NCBI GenBank assembly: GCA_963815195.1
Contig: CAWFGE010000011.1
Coordinates: 51,756-115,755 of the forward strand
Reading direction: 5' to 3'
Length of the DNA: 64,000 nt
Source: an uncultured Planctomycetaceae bacterium
Lineage (GTDB): Bacteria > Planctomycetota > Planctomycetia > Planctomycetales > Planctomycetaceae
This document shows positions 9,093 through 25,358 of this stretch, in pieces. Within the stretch, counting starts at the first letter, position 1; each line of letters begins with the position of its first letter. The notes under the pieces are model-generated. The model saw nothing but the letters and a program-made list of their open reading frames with translations. It ran no database searches and was not told the DNA's origin. A program made the position numbers and the translations under genes.

Positions 9093-12077
9093 GAGACGGT
9101 CAGTTTTCCGGTGGTGCGTTGGAGTTTGTTGGCGATCTGGGGCATGAGGCCGTAACTGTAGGCCAGCAGCTTGAGGGGATGCAGCGTGGGGATCGTCGTG
9201 CCTTGCTCCATCTGGATTTTGCAGCTTGCGCATTCGGTGGTGCCGATGGTGAGGTCGCCGTCCCGCATGCGGGAGATCAACCCCCAGCCGAGCTTGATCG
9301 AGGTTTGATAATTCTCGCTGGTCAGGCCATAAGCCCCGGCCATGCCCGAGCAGCCGCCGTCGATTGTAGAGAGCCTTAAATCGGGAATCAAAGCCAAGAG
9401 CCTCGCCAGCGAGGAACTCCCCGACATAGCTTTCAGATGGCAGGGGGTATGATAGCCCGCGTCGAGCGCCAACGAGGCGAAGTCCGTTTTCAGCCCGCCT
9501 CGCTTGTGCAGGTTTTCGAGGAACAACCCCGCTTCGATCGTTTGATCCGCCACCGAGCTGCACGTCGGGGTGATTGAGCAGCATCGGATATTCCTGCTTC
9601 AAACACAGGGCCGCCGACGGTTCGGTGCACAGGATCGGAATGCCTTCGCGGGCGTAATCGCCGAGCACGCGGAGATTCGTCTGGGCGACTTCGCGGGCGG
9701 CGTCCAAATCGCCGGCGGAAATCATCGCCATTCCCGACGAGGTCTGGCCGCGAGGCACGATCACGGGAATGTCGTGATGCCTTAAGATGGCGACGAGCGC
9801 CTGCGACAGCTCGGGATCGTAGTAGTTCGCATAATCGCCGACGAAATACACGACCGGCTTGTTGCCGGTGGCTCCGGAGCCGGCCATTGATTCCGACCGC
9901 AGCGACCGCAAGAACGACCGCCGGGCGAACAGCGGCAGCTTGCGATGCCGGGAGATGCCCAAGAGCTTCTCCATCAGCCAGCGGGCGGTGGGATGGCGGA
10001 TCATCCAGTTCGCGGCGAAGGCCATCGTGCTGCCCACGGCTCCCAGCGAATGGGCCCGCGACAAAATCCAATCCGCCCGCGACAGGCCGTTCGCCGCCAC
10101 GTAGGCGGCCTTGGCTTCGATCATCAACTGCGGGATGTTGACGTTCGTGGGGCATTCGAGCTGGCACTGCTTGCAGTTGAAGCACAAACTCGCGAGGTGC
10201 TTCATTTCGTCCGAGGCGAACTCCTCCGGCAGCATCGCCCCGGTGAGCACCCCGCGGACCACGTTCGCCTTGGAGCGCGGGCTGGCTTCTTCCACCGGGT
10301 CGATGCGGAAGAACGGGCACATCCGCAGGTCGGGCGATTGCGTCCGGCACACCGCGCAGCCGTTGCAGCGGCCGGCTTCCTCGGCCATTTCGTTCGGCGT
10401 CCAATTCAGTTGCAGTTCCACGAACTCCGGCGAGGCTTGGGCGGGCGGGCGAAAGTTCTTGGCGGTGATGTGGGCATCGTCGCTGATGATCTTGCCGGGG
10501 TTCAATAAGTTATGCGGATCGAAAATGTCCTTGACCTGCTGAAACACCCGGTACAACGGCCCGTACTGCGAACGGATGAACGACGTCCGCGCGAGGCCGT
10601 CGCCGTGCTCGCCGCTGATCGTCCCGCCCACGCTGCGGACCGCCTGATACAAATCGCGGGCCAGCGACTCCAGCCGGGTTCCATCCAAGGGCTGCGAAGG
10701 CGGCGGCAAGAACGGCCGCATGTGCAGCTGCCCCGAAGCCGCGTGCGCGTATAAAGACGCCGTCACCTGGTGCTTTTGAAACACCTTCTGCGACGACACC
10801 AGAAACTCGAGCATCGCCTCCGGGGGCACGGCGATGTCTTCCACGATAGGCAGCGGACGCGACGGGCCTTTGAGCTTCGTCAACAAGGGCACGACCTTCG
10901 CCGGCAGCGACCAGAGAAAATCGACTTCCTCGGGAGTCGAAGCTTCATGGGCGACGACGACCCGCAGGTTGATTTCGCGGACCGTCGCGACCACCATCCG
11001 CAGCCGGTCCCGGACTTGCTTTTCACTGGAGCCGAGCTGCTCGACCAACACCGCGGCCTCCGCCGCCGGGGAGATCAATTCCCCAAACCGCGGGTCGGCT
11101 TCGCGCGCGAGCGTCAACAGCCGGCGGTCCATCAAATCGCAGGCGCTCGGCTGCAGGCGGGCGATCTGCTGCACGCTGCGGATTGCCCCTTCGAGTTGCC
11201 CGAACAACAACAACACCACGCCGCGATGCGCGGGCAGCGGAGCCGTGTGCAACGTCGCCGCGGTCCATAATCCCAATGTGCCTTCCGAACCGACCAGAAG
11301 CCGCGGGAGGTTCAAATGCGTCTCGGAGAGCACCCCCCGCAGCATGTAGCCGCAAGAGTTTCGGATCAAAGCCGGCTGGCGTTCGCGGATGAGCTGTTCA
11401 TTGTCGGCGAGCAGCCGCGACAGCCGGCTGACGAGATTCCGCTTGACCGCGAACGCCGACTCGCCGTCGTCCGGCCCGGATTCGGTTCCCGGGCGAACGG
11501 CCGAGCGCTGGGGCGGCGGGGTTCTGAGCATCTCCAGAGGTTCCACGCCGGCTTCAAACACCTGCCCGCCGGCCAACACGACTTCCAGGCTTTCGACGTG
11601 ATCCCGCATCGACCCGACGCGGACCGCATGCGAACCCGCAGCGTCCACGCCCAGCATTCCGCCCACGGTCGTCACGCTCGTGTTGCTGGGATCGGGCGGA
11701 AAATATCGGCCGTGCGGACGCAGCAAATGGTTGAGCCGGTCCCGCACGATGCCCGGCTGCACGCGGATGGTCTCCTCGTTGATCGATTCCACCCGCCGCA
11801 TCGAGCGGGAGAAGTCCACGATCAATCCCGACCCCAAAACCGACCCCGCCAAGCCGCTGCCGGCCCCGCGGGGAATCAAAGGAATCCCCATCTCGGCGGA
11901 ATACTTGGCCAGCGTGACCACATCTTCGCGGTTCTGCGGATAGGCGACGCCGAAGGGCGGGATCTGATAGAGGCTCGCATCGCTGGCGTACATCTGCACG
12001 GCGAGCGCATCGCAGCGAATCTCGCCCGCGAGCAAGCCCGTGAGATCTTCCATCATCCGCCGGCGCTGTTCGTCCAC
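9089..12077 (-). CDS. FAD-binding/Fe-S oxidoreductase (GlcD-GlcF fusion, YdiJ-like); one frameshift near 9554
   Basis: PRGAGSGLAG, GSEGTLG, ISGEHGDG, CNGCAVC and CFNCKQCQLECP motifs; C-terminal CCG-type domain continues in ORF 9089..9553. Confidence 0.9.
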
Positions 12078-12120
12078 TGTGGGAATTTACCAATGAATGA
12101 GAAAAGGTGACGTGCGAAAC

Positions 12121-12176
12121 AAATCCGAAATCCGAATCTCGAAATCCGAAACAAATTCGAATGATCGAAATTCCAA
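12121..12176. repeat. Heptamer-based repeat, family B (AAATCCG...CGAAATCCGAAACAAATTC)
   Basis: Near-identical arrays at 12121, 24121, 25359 (with inverted mate at 25481-25535) and 27555. Confidence 0.85.
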
Positions 12177-12391
12177 AGAATGAACCAAAACCTGGAGATG
12201 GAAATCGATGGGAAAAAGGAAGGGGAACTCGATTGGTTGGGTGGCTGGGGCGCGGATTCCTCTTTGAATAAAGTTAGGCAAGCGAATACTGGGGCGATGG
12301 ACGCGAGAGAAAAATCTCGCATGGCCCCAGTTCTCGCAACGCCTGTTTCGTTTGATCCCTTCCTTTGCGCCCAGCCACCCCCGTTGTCTCG

Positions 12392-12622
12392 TTAACCTCC
12401 ATGAGTTATCAACGCCGCCGCAATCCATTTGATTAAGGCTTTCTGTTGAGCCCGAACCTCGGGATCGTCGTTCAATACAATCACTCGGCTCAGGGAACCG
12501 GCAAAGGCGTCGGCTTCTGGTTTGTCGGGCAACATATGAAAAATGCGTTTGCCAACGCGGAAAGCCATCACTAAGCAAACGCCTCCGCCGACCAATGCGA
12601 GCAGGCCCAGCACAGTTGTCAC
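12392..12622 (-). CDS. Small hypothetical membrane protein (76 aa)
   Basis: GTG start with GGAGAG RBS, hydrophobic N-terminus, visibly lower GC than neighbours. Confidence 0.4.
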   Translation of the reverse strand: MTTVLGLLALVGGGVCLVMAFRVGKRIFHMLPDKPEADAFAGSLSRVIVLNDDPEVRAQQKALIKWIAAALITHGG

Positions 12623-12726
12623 AGGAATTCTCTCCGAAATCGGTGTGTCGTTGTGAATGACGACAGATGGCCTTGCCTTTGCTCCTTTGCTCCTTTGTGG
12701 CCTGGTGTGTGGCCTTTGCCCCTGAA

Positions 12727-13197
12727 TTAAGAAGACGCCTTCTGCCGCAGGGATTCTTGCCGGTAGCGTTCCATGACTTCCAGGTTGAACTTGGGGTGCT
12801 GCTCGGGATCGCCGGTCTGCCGGTGCCGGGCTTCGCAGCGGTAGCAAACCAAGACATCCGGCATCATCGCATAGAGGAGCAAATCCACCAATGCGAATCC
12901 CATCAGGATGCCCAAGGCGGTTTTCGGCATCATGTACGCCCAGGCGACGGTGCTGAGGATGGCTCCGGTGGCGACCATCGACACGCCGAGCCATTGCGGG
13001 AAATCCTTCTGCCGCCAGAGATCATGGCAGCCGCAGGCCAGGCAGCGGGCGGGGGTGTCTTCGATCCAATCGCCCGCAGACAGAGGCCGCGACCAATCGC
13101 AATGCCCGCAGGCGATCCGCTCATCACCGGGAGAAACCGCGGTCCGCCGGGGCAATTCACAATGGGGACAGGCATAAGTCAGGTTCACCGCAATCAC
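12727..13197 (-). CDS. Hypothetical Zn-ribbon membrane protein
   Basis: Four CxxC motifs (CPHC, CGHC, CLAC, CYRC) around two TM segments. Confidence 0.75.
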   Translation of the reverse strand: MIAVNLTYACPHCELPRRTAVSPGDERIACGHCDWSRPLSAGDWIEDTPARCLACGCHDLWRQKDFPQWLGVSMVATGAILSTVAWAYMMPKTALGILMGFALVDLLLYAMMPDVLVCYRCEARHRQTGDPEQHPKFNLEVMERYRQESLRQKASS

Positions 13198-13426
13198 TCC
13201 GGTGCAAAATGGTTCAATTCAATCGCGACCGAGCGGCACATCTCGGTCGGCGATCTTGCGTTTCATTCCTTGTCCGTAACCCAGGCCGGCACTGCCCTTG
13301 GCCTGGGCTGAGAGAGGGCCGGGCCTTCGGCCCTAAATCCTTTTTGGGTCCAGGCATCTCGCCTTCCGCCGCCGAAGTTCGATAGCCGGCGGCAAGATGC
13401 CGCCGCGATTTTGGTTGCGGAAGTTG

Positions 13427-14122
13427 TTATTTGAGTTCCCGCAGTTTGACGTTTTTGTACCACACCTTGTGGCCGTGGTCCTGGAAGCCCACGTAGCCTT
13501 TGCGGGCGAAGTCTTTGACGGCGCGGGGTTTGCCGTCCAGCTTGTATTTGTGCTTTTGGCCGTCGGGGCAGACGCCGGGCTGGTCGAACTCGTCGGCGTT
13601 CATTTTGCAGACTTCTTCGCCGTTGACTTTGACGGCGATGTTCGGGCCTTGGCAGCGGATGTCGACGTGGTTCCATTCGCCGGTGCCTTTGGAGGTGTTT
13701 TTCGAGGTGGGCACCAGATCGTAGATTGCTCCGAACTCGTGCTTGCCGGTCTTTTCGCCGGCCATCACCTGGATTTCAAAACCGGTGTTGACGGGGTTTT
13801 TGGGATCCTCCACGCGGAAGAAGATGCCCGAATTGCAGCGGGGATCCTCCCAGCGCACATCGCAGCTGAGCTCGAAATCCCCGAAGGGTTTTTCGTAAAT
13901 GACGATGTACCCGCCCGACTTGTAAGGCACGAGACAGCCGTCTTCCACGGGCGTGGCGATCGGTTTGCCGGTGTTGCATTTCCAGCCGGCGTGGTCCTTG
14001 CCGTTGAACAGCAATTTCCAGCCCGCTTGTTTTTCTTCTTTCGTCAGTTGGTTGTCCTCGGCCTGGAGCGCCCCGGCCGAGACCGCAATGAGCACCGCGC
14101 ACAATCCTGGCAAAATCTTCAT
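13427..14122 (-). CDS. DUF1080 (3-keto-disaccharide hydrolase family) secreted protein
   Basis: Signal peptide; GWKLLFNGKD, NSGIFFR, GEWNHV and GFQDHGHKVWYKNVKLREL motifs. Confidence 0.92.
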   Translation of the reverse strand: MKILPGLCAVLIAVSAGALQAEDNQLTKEEKQAGWKLLFNGKDHAGWKCNTGKPIATPVEDGCLVPYKSGGYIVIYEKPFGDFELSCDVRWEDPRCNSGIFFRVEDPKNPVNTGFEIQVMAGEKTGKHEFGAIYDLVPTSKNTSKGTGEWNHVDIRCQGPNIAVKVNGEEVCKMNADEFDQPGVCPDGQKHKYKLDGKPRAVKDFARKGYVGFQDHGHKVWYKNVKLRELK

Positions 14123-14393
14123 GAGAAACCTTTCCAAGTTCGAGTTCAAAAAATCCATTGGCTATAATAACCGCGATCGCCCGCCGAAACGACCATTCCG
14201 TGGGGTTTTCGCGGTGCGGTCTTCGAGGAATCGGCGATTTGTCAAATAAAAGATCATGAATCACTTCACGCAGCGCGTGCGTGCCCGCTCAAAGCAAACT
14301 GTCGCGACCATTGCAAAAAGTGATTCTGCGCCCCATGATTTTGTGGTTTCAATGACACCGGATTGCATGATGCCTCTCATTGCTGACTGAACG

Positions 14394-14870
14394 ATGAACG
14401 AATTGGCTTACGAAATCGCGGACGCCGAGCCGCGGGATTTTCTTAAGGTGTCGGCTTTGGATCGGATCGCCTGGCCCGCGGAACCGGACGTGTTTATCCC
14501 CGATGGAGAACACGCCTGGCGGTTGTGGTGCGAGCACGCGACCGTACTTGTGGCAAAGATCTCCGGCCGGGAGGTTTCCGAATCGGGGAACATCGCCGGG
14601 GCATTGTTGATGTTTCCCACCAAGCACGGGGAAACGTTTCTGCACAAGATTATGGTGCATCCCGATTGCCGGGGCCTGGGCATCGGCTCGGCCCTGATGC
14701 GGGCGGGGCTTTCGCAAGCGACGACGCGGACGCTGCTGACGGTCAATCCGCAAAATGCGGCCGCGGTGAAACTTTATCAGAATTTCGGATTCGAAATCCG
14801 CGAACTCGTGCCCGGCTACTACCGCCCCCACGAAGACCGATACATCATGCAATTCACGCCTTCGGCCTGA
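14394..14870 (+). CDS. GNAT family N-acetyltransferase (RimI-like)
   Basis: VHPDCRGLGIGSALM acetyl-CoA motif and NAAAVKLYQNFGF. Confidence 0.9.
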   Translation: MNELAYEIADAEPRDFLKVSALDRIAWPAEPDVFIPDGEHAWRLWCEHATVLVAKISGREVSESGNIAGALLMFPTKHGETFLHKIMVHPDCRGLGIGSALMRAGLSQATTRTLLTVNPQNAAAVKLYQNFGFEIRELVPGYYRPHEDRYIMQFTPSA

Positions 14871-14947
14871 CGCAGAAAAAGCCGTAATATCGCCGCGGCA
14901 TCCACCTTGCCGCCGTCGAATGGGGTTTTGCTTTCCCTTCGCCAAAA

Positions 14948-16432
14948 TCAGGGAAGCTGGGTGCTGCCCATCAGCCAGCGGTCGCATTCGCGGGCGGCAC
15001 CGCGGCCTTCGTTGATGGCCCACACAATCAGGCTTTGTCCGCGCCGGCAGTCGCCCGCGGCAAAAATGCCCTCGATGCTCGTGTGGTACTTTTCAAACTC
15101 AGCTTTATAGTTCGAGCGGATGTCCTGCTCGATCCCCAATTGCTCGGCGATCAAAGTTTCCGGCCCCAGAAAGCCCAGTGCCAACAGCACGAGGTCGGCG
15201 TCCCAGACCTTTTCGGTGCCGGGAAGCCGCGAGAACGGCGGCCCGCCTTCGGTGACATGGTTCCAATCCACCTCGCAGGTTTTGAGGGCCTTCAAATGGC
15301 CGTTGTCGTCGCCGATGAACTCGATCGTCTCGATGCAGAACTGCCGGGGGTCGTCGCCGAACTTGGCGGCGGCCTCGGCATGGCCATAGTCCACGCGGAA
15401 AACCTTCGGCCACTGCGGCCAGGGATTGTTGGGAGCGCGCTCGGCGGGCGGGCGGGGCACGATTTCAAAATTCGTGAGCGACTTACATCCGTGCCGCATC
15501 GAGGTGCCCAGGCAGTCAGTGCCCGTATCGCCGCCGCCGATCACGATCACGTGCTTGTCCTTCGCGCTGATATAGTGCCCGTTGTCCAATTGGCTGTCGA
15601 GCAGGCTCTTCGTGTTGGCGTGCAAAAACTCCATCGCAAAATGCACGCCCTTGAGCTCGCGGCCGGGAATCGTCAAATCCCGCGGACGCGTGGCTCCGGT
15701 GCAAAGGACAACCGCGTCGAAGTCTTCCGTGAGGTTTTGGGCGGAGATGTCTTTGCCGATCTCGGTGTTGGTGACGAACTGGACGCCTTCCTCGGCGAGC
15801 AAATCGACCCGCCGCTGGACGATCCATTTTTCGAGCTTCATGTTGGGAATGCCGTACATCAGCAAACCGCCAACGCGGTCCGCGCGTTCGAATACGGTGA
15901 CCGTATGCCCCGCCTGGTTGAGCTGCGCCGCACACGCGAGTCCGGACGGTCCCGAACCCACCACGGCCACGGTTTTGCCCGTGCGGGTTTTGGGCGGCTG
16001 CGGTTTGATCCAGCCTTCCTCGAAGGCTTTATCGACGATGGAGCATTCGATGTTCTTGATCGTCACCGGCGGCTCGATGATTCCCAGGACGCAAGACCCT
16101 TCGCACGGAGCCGGGCAGACGCGGCCGGTGAACTCGGGGAAGTTGTTCGTCTTATGCAGCCGATCAATCGCTTCCCGCCATTGGTTGCGATAGATCAAAT
16201 CGTTCCATTCGGGAATCAGGTTATTGACCGGACACCCGGACGCCATATTGGCCATCAGATCGCCGGTATGGCAGAACGGCACGCCGCAGTCCATGCACCT
16301 TGCCCCTTGTTCCCTCAGTTCCGCCACGGGCATGTGCTCATGGAACTCGTTCCAATCGAGAATCCGCAGCAGCGGATCGCGCTCTCCGGGCGTTTGTCGC
16401 GTGAACTCCTTAAAACCGGTCGGTTTACCCAT
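14948..16432 (-). CDS. gltD: Glutamate synthase small subunit
   Basis: [33 protein letters not shown] and [18 protein letters not shown] motifs. Confidence 0.97.
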   Translation of the reverse strand: MGKPTGFKEFTRQTPGERDPLLRILDWNEFHEHMPVAELREQGARCMDCGVPFCHTGDLMANMASGCPVNNLIPEWNDLIYRNQWREAIDRLHKTNNFPEFTGRVCPAPCEGSCVLGIIEPPVTIKNIECSIVDKAFEEGWIKPQPPKTRTGKTVAVVGSGPSGLACAAQLNQAGHTVTVFERADRVGGLLMYGIPNMKLEKWIVQRRVDLLAEEGVQFVTNTEIGKDISAQNLTEDFDAVVLCTGATRPRDLTIPGRELKGVHFAMEFLHANTKSLLDSQLDNGHYISAKDKHVIVIGGGDTGTDCLGTSMRHGCKSLTNFEIVPRPPAERAPNNPWPQWPKVFRVDYGHAEAAAKFGDDPRQFCIETIEFIGDDNGHLKALKTCEVDWNHVTEGGPPFSRLPGTEKVWDADLVLLALGFLGPETLIAEQLGIEQDIRSNYKAEFEKYHTSIEGIFAAGDCRRGQSLIVWAINEGRGAARECDRWLMGSTQLP

Positions 16433-16450
16433 AATGACTAACCATCTCAA

Positions 16451-16523
16451 GTAGGGTCCGCTCTGCGGACCAAAAAACTAGAGGCTGAAAATGCTTTGGA
16501 ATGGTCCTGACAGCGGACCCTAC
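16451..16523. repeat. GTAG-type REP doublet
   Basis: GTAGGGTCCGCT...AGCGGACCCTAC inverted arms between gltB and gltD. Confidence 0.75.
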
Positions 16524-16556
16524 GAATTCTTCGCGGCTCATCCTCACGCGGTTCGC

Positions 16557-21229
<4,673 letters not shown>

Positions 21230-21259
21230 CAGACGGTCATCGAATTGAGAAGGTGTTTC

Positions 21260-21361
21260 GTGAGCGGCCAGGCGCTAGCCGCCGGTTTTGGTTTTAAGAC
21301 CGGAGGCTAGCGCCTACCGCTCACATTTTCATCGAGACCGGAGGCTACGCCTGCCGCTCAC
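21260..21361. repeat. Palindromic repeat cluster, family F (GTGAGCGG...GCGCTAGCCGCCGG)
   Basis: One forward and two inverted arms; other copies at 40101-40130 and 54147-54212. Confidence 0.8.
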
Positions 21362-21474
21362 ATTTTTCAAACACATTCGGACTGAACTCGGGCGGAAATC
21401 CGACCGGCTCCTGCCGCCTTTACGGGAGGAGTTTTCACGCGGCATCCTGCCAAAACAGCCGTCTCGAACTCACT

Positions 21475-22452
21475 TCAAGAGACGGTTTGGCGTCGGGAGC
21501 CCTGTCCCGGGGAATGGGTTTCGGAAGAAGGGAAGCTGCCCGCGAGAGAATCCGGCTCGTCGTGCAACATTTCGACAAACTTGTTCGCGGCCGTGCTAAG
21601 CGTTTTGTGCCGTTTATGAACAATGCCCAGCGGACGAAACCAGAGCGGCCTCTCCGGGGGATGATGATCCAAAGACAAGTGGACCTGACACAGCGAACCG
21701 CCGTCGCATTCCCGGCGGACGGTGGGAGCGGGCAACAAGGCGATTCCCGCGCCGATCTCCACGGCGCGTTTGATGTTTTCGATATTGTCGAACTCGTGCA
21801 CGACATGCACCGAAACCTTCGCCTGCTTGAGCCAACGGTCGATCTGGCGGCGAATGGTGAGTTCCGTGGTGAAGCCCACGAATTTTTCGCCGTTCATTCG
21901 GGCGACGTGGATCCACTCCTCGCCGGCAAGCCGATGAGCCGGGGAGACCACGAGCACCATCTCCTGTTCCAGCCAAGGAATGCAGCCGATCTCGCCGCCG
22001 TCCTTGGGAAATGAAACCAGCCCGATGTCCGCCGCATCCTGAAGCACCCGGTCGTAGACCGCTTCGGGATGCAGATATTCCAGTTGCAATTCCGTCTCGG
22101 GATACCGCTCCTCGAATTGTTTCACATACGCGTCCATTTGCAACAGACCGACCGAGTAAATCGCCGCCACGCGAACCCGCCCGCTGACCAGATCCTTGGC
22201 CTGGCGGACCTGGTCCTCGATCAGGCGGAAGCCTTCCAACAACTCCCGGCAGCCTTCGTAATAGATTTTTCCCGCCGCCGTCAGTTCAAACGGCCGTTTC
22301 GATCGATCGATCAGTTGGGTTTCCAGCCGTTTTTCCAATTGATGCACGGCCTGGCTCGCGGAGGATTGGGACACGTGATGCACCTCCGCCGCCTTGGAAA
22401 AGCTGCGCAGGCTCACCACTTCACAAAAAATCTCGACGTTCCGCAGGTGCAT
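21475..22452 (-). CDS. LysR family transcriptional regulator upstream of gltBD
   Basis: N-terminal HTH (SFSKAAEVHHVSQSSASQAVHQLE) and LysR substrate domain (FDNIENIKRAVEIGAGIALLP). Confidence 0.93.
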   Translation of the reverse strand: MHLRNVEIFCEVVSLRSFSKAAEVHHVSQSSASQAVHQLEKRLETQLIDRSKRPFELTAAGKIYYEGCRELLEGFRLIEDQVRQAKDLVSGRVRVAAIYSVGLLQMDAYVKQFEERYPETELQLEYLHPEAVYDRVLQDAADIGLVSFPKDGGEIGCIPWLEQEMVLVVSPAHRLAGEEWIHVARMNGEKFVGFTTELTIRRQIDRWLKQAKVSVHVVHEFDNIENIKRAVEIGAGIALLPAPTVRRECDGGSLCQVHLSLDHHPPERPLWFRPLGIVHKRHKTLSTAANKFVEMLHDEPDSLAGSFPSSETHSPGQGSRRQTVS

Positions 22453-22484
22453 CGCTGGGTGTGGATTCTGGGATCAGACTCTGT

Positions 22485-22499
22485 ATCGGTTAAACTAAT
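22485..22499. promoter_or_regulatory. Possible LysR T-N11-A autoregulatory site
   Basis: ATCGGTTAAACTAAT ~35 bp upstream of the LysR start; the motif is short and weak. Confidence 0.3.
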
Positions 22500-22720
22500 G
22501 GGCCGACCAGATATGTATTGGAAAAATTGAAATCGCAGTCTAGGCATGCTCGACCGCGTCCGTCAAGAGTTTGCCCCCGAAAAACCAAAATTCCAGACGC
22601 ATGGAGATTGTTCGATTTTAGATGCATTTGTTCAGAGATCGGCTCCCTTGCATTGAGGTTCCGGCTGGCAAACAATGGGGCGATGACCCCGTCTTGCCTC
22701 GCCTATTCGGAGAGAATCTC

Positions 22721-24115
22721 ATGAGCCTGCGGACTTTGTATCTGGCATTTTTGGTGTCGAGCACGATTGTCAACGTCGGCCCGGCGGCGGAATCGCGGCC
22801 GAACTTTGTGTTTATCATCGCCGACGATTGCACGCACCGCGACCTGGGATGTTACGGCGGGCAAGCTCTGACGCCGAACATCGACCGGTTAGCGAGCGAA
22901 GGCCTGCGGTTTACGCATTGCTTCCAGGCCGCTCCGATGTGCTCCCCCACGAGGCACAACATCTACACCGGACTCTATCCGGTGAAAAGCGGGGCCTATC
23001 CCAATCATACGTTCGTCAAGGGCGGCACGAAGAGCGTCGTCGGGTACCTGAAACCGCTCGGCTACCGCGTGGCCCTCAGCGGCAAGAAACATATCGCCCC
23101 AAAGAGCATCTTTGATTTCGAGTATTCCGGCAAAGGCAACAACCCCGATCCCGCGGCCATCGATCGGCTCTTCGGAGAATGCGAAAAGTCCGAGACGCCG
23201 TTCTGTTTGTTCGCCTGCTCGAACGAGCCGCACTCCCCGTGGAACAAAGGCGATCCCTCGAAATATCCCCAGGATAAAATCCAGCTCCCGCCCTACTTCG
23301 TGGACACGCCGACGACGCGCGAGAACATGTCCCGTTATCTCGCGGAGATCACGTATTTCGACGGGCAAGTGGCGACGATTTTGGATCTGCTCAAACAGCA
23401 CCATCTCGCCGAGAAGACGCTGGTGATCGTCACGACCGAGCAAGGCTCGAGCTTTCCGTTCGGCAAGTGGACCTGCTACGACACGGGCCTGCAAACCGCG
23501 CTCATTGCCCGCTGGCCGGGAACGGTCGCACCCGGCACCGTCAGCGACGCGCTCGTCGAATACATCGATGTGCTGCCCACGTTTATCGAAGCCGCCGGCG
23601 GCAAGGTGCCCGACGTTTTGGAAGGCAAAAGCTTAATGCCGGTGCTGACGGGGCAAGCGAAGGAGCACAAAGACTATGTGTTCGGCCTGCAGACGACGCG
23701 GGGGATTATCCGCGGCTCGGACTATTTTGGCATTCGCTCCGTGCGGAGCCGGCGGTACAAGTACATCAAGAATCTGACGCCGGAAGTCAAGTTTCAGAAC
23801 GCTTGCTCCACCAGCGAGCCCTTTTTGTCATGGAAGGACAAAGCCAAGACCGACAAGGACGCGGCCGAGAAAGTCCGGCGGTACGAGCGCCGCCCCGCGG
23901 AAGAGCTTTACGACGTGGAAAACGATCCCTACGAGTGGCACAACCTCGCCGACGATCCCAAGTACGCCCAGATCAAAACGGAGCATCAAAAAGAGCTCGC
24001 GGCCTGGATGAAACGCCAAGGCGACAAAGGCCAAGAAACAGAGCTCGCGGCCCTCGAGCACCAGGCCCGCAATCGAAAGAAGGCCGGGACTAATCAGAAG
24101 AATAAAAGGAAGTAA
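22721..24115 (+). CDS. Sulfatase (formylglycine-dependent)
   Basis: RPNFVFIIADD, CSPTR (CxPxR), GKKH and EELYDVENDPYEWHNLA motifs. Confidence 0.93.
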   Translation: MSLRTLYLAFLVSSTIVNVGPAAESRPNFVFIIADDCTHRDLGCYGGQALTPNIDRLASEGLRFTHCFQAAPMCSPTRHNIYTGLYPVKSGAYPNHTFVKGGTKSVVGYLKPLGYRVALSGKKHIAPKSIFDFEYSGKGNNPDPAAIDRLFGECEKSETPFCLFACSNEPHSPWNKGDPSKYPQDKIQLPPYFVDTPTTRENMSRYLAEITYFDGQVATILDLLKQHHLAEKTLVIVTTEQGSSFPFGKWTCYDTGLQTALIARWPGTVAPGTVSDALVEYIDVLPTFIEAAGGKVPDVLEGKSLMPVLTGQAKEHKDYVFGLQTTRGIIRGSDYFGIRSVRSRRYKYIKNLTPEVKFQNACSTSEPFLSWKDKAKTDKDAAEKVRRYERRPAEELYDVENDPYEWHNLADDPKYAQIKTEHQKELAAWMKRQGDKGQETELAALEHQARNRKKAGTNQKNKRK

Positions 24116-24361
24116 CGGTGAAATCCGAATCTCGAAATCCGAAACAAATTCGATTGAGCGACATCCCAAGGCTCCAAACCCCGCAAAAACGTTCCGACTC
24201 GCCGGCTTGGGATTTGAGGATTTCCGTGGTTCCAAATCACTGAAAAGGGCCTTGGGCCCTCAATCTTTTTGGTGCAGGCGCCTCGTGTGCTCATGTGGCC
24301 GGGACGGTTGCACCACAATCACACGAAGTTTGGAACGACTGAATTTGACGAATCGCGGGGA

Positions 24362-25279
24362 TCAGGCGATCGCGATCAGTTCCGCGACCTCCCAGACCGC
24401 GGGAGGCACGCGCTCGGCGGGCGTGCTCAACACGGCGCCGGCCCAAATCTGCCAGGCGGAACGCGGTTCGTGCAGCGGGGTGACGGCGATGGGATCCTCC
24501 CCGGCGGCGCGTTCGTAAGATCTCAAAATCTCAGCCGCGTCCCGGGCCGTGAGTTCCCCGAGCGGGATGTCGAAAAGCTCCACATCGACGGCCTGAGCCT
24601 CGAAACCGGCGGGAACCGTTACGATCGCGGCGGTCGTGGTTTCCGAAGCCCGCCGGAGCACCGCAAACCGCGTTTCGGAAAGGTCATCGGCCTTCGCATC
24701 GGCACCGAAAACCCGCACGCCCAACAGCGTCCCCAACGGAAGCCTGCGGTGATAAATGCGGAGCTGATCCCGGCCTCGGTCCAGCGAGCGGGACAATTCG
24801 CAATCGGGATCCGTTGGAACTCGCACGATATCCTCTGGCCGCGCCGCGGCTTTACCCGCGGAAGGCTGCGGCGGGCTCAGTTTCACCCCGCCGAGGGCCC
24901 GGCTTTTTGAAGCAGAAGCTGCCGGGGACGAGACCGCGGCTGATGCGGTTGGTTGGGCGGAAAGGCGGGATCGCATCGGCGAGGCGGCCGCGCGGGCAGG
25001 TTTCGGGCGGCCTTGGGTTCTCGCGACGATGGCTCCAATGCGGGCCAGTTTTCTCAAAGCGTGCGGCGAACGCGCGGCCTCGGCTTCCAACTCCCGCCGG
25101 TCTTCCGCGCTCAATCGCCCCTCGAAATAATCGAACATCGCCGCGGTGTCAATTTCGCTCGCCTCGTAAGCCGCCTCCAACACGGCTTCATCCACAACCG
25201 GCGGCTCGTGGTTCAAAAAATCGCGAATCTGCTCGAACCAATCGTCCGCCCCGGGCGAATGAAGTTGACCATATGACAT
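24362..25279 (-). CDS. Hypothetical protein with anti-sigma-like N-terminal segment
   Basis: DYFEGRLSAEDRRELEAE resembles the start of zf-HC2/anti-sigma domains but lacks HxxxCxxC; directly downstream of a sigma factor. Confidence 0.55.
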   Translation of the reverse strand: MSYGQLHSPGADDWFEQIRDFLNHEPPVVDEAVLEAAYEASEIDTAAMFDYFEGRLSAEDRRELEAEAARSPHALRKLARIGAIVARTQGRPKPARAAASPMRSRLSAQPTASAAVSSPAASASKSRALGGVKLSPPQPSAGKAAARPEDIVRVPTDPDCELSRSLDRGRDQLRIYHRRLPLGTLLGVRVFGADAKADDLSETRFAVLRRASETTTAAIVTVPAGFEAQAVDVELFDIPLGELTARDAAEILRSYERAAGEDPIAVTPLHEPRSAWQIWAGAVLSTPAERVPPAVWEVAELIAIA

Positions 25280-25358
25280 CGTCTGTATCTCCAACCAAGC
25301 AGCACTTTCATTGGGGCTGCGGTTTTTTTTGTTCTTTGGTTTCTGTCGTTATTTTGGA

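Noticed and set aside
8841..12077. Apparent oxidoreductase-MoaD fusion in the ORF track
   Set aside because: An extra base near 9554 shifts the frame. The true C-terminus ends at 9089 and moaD has its own ATGA-coupled start at 9092.
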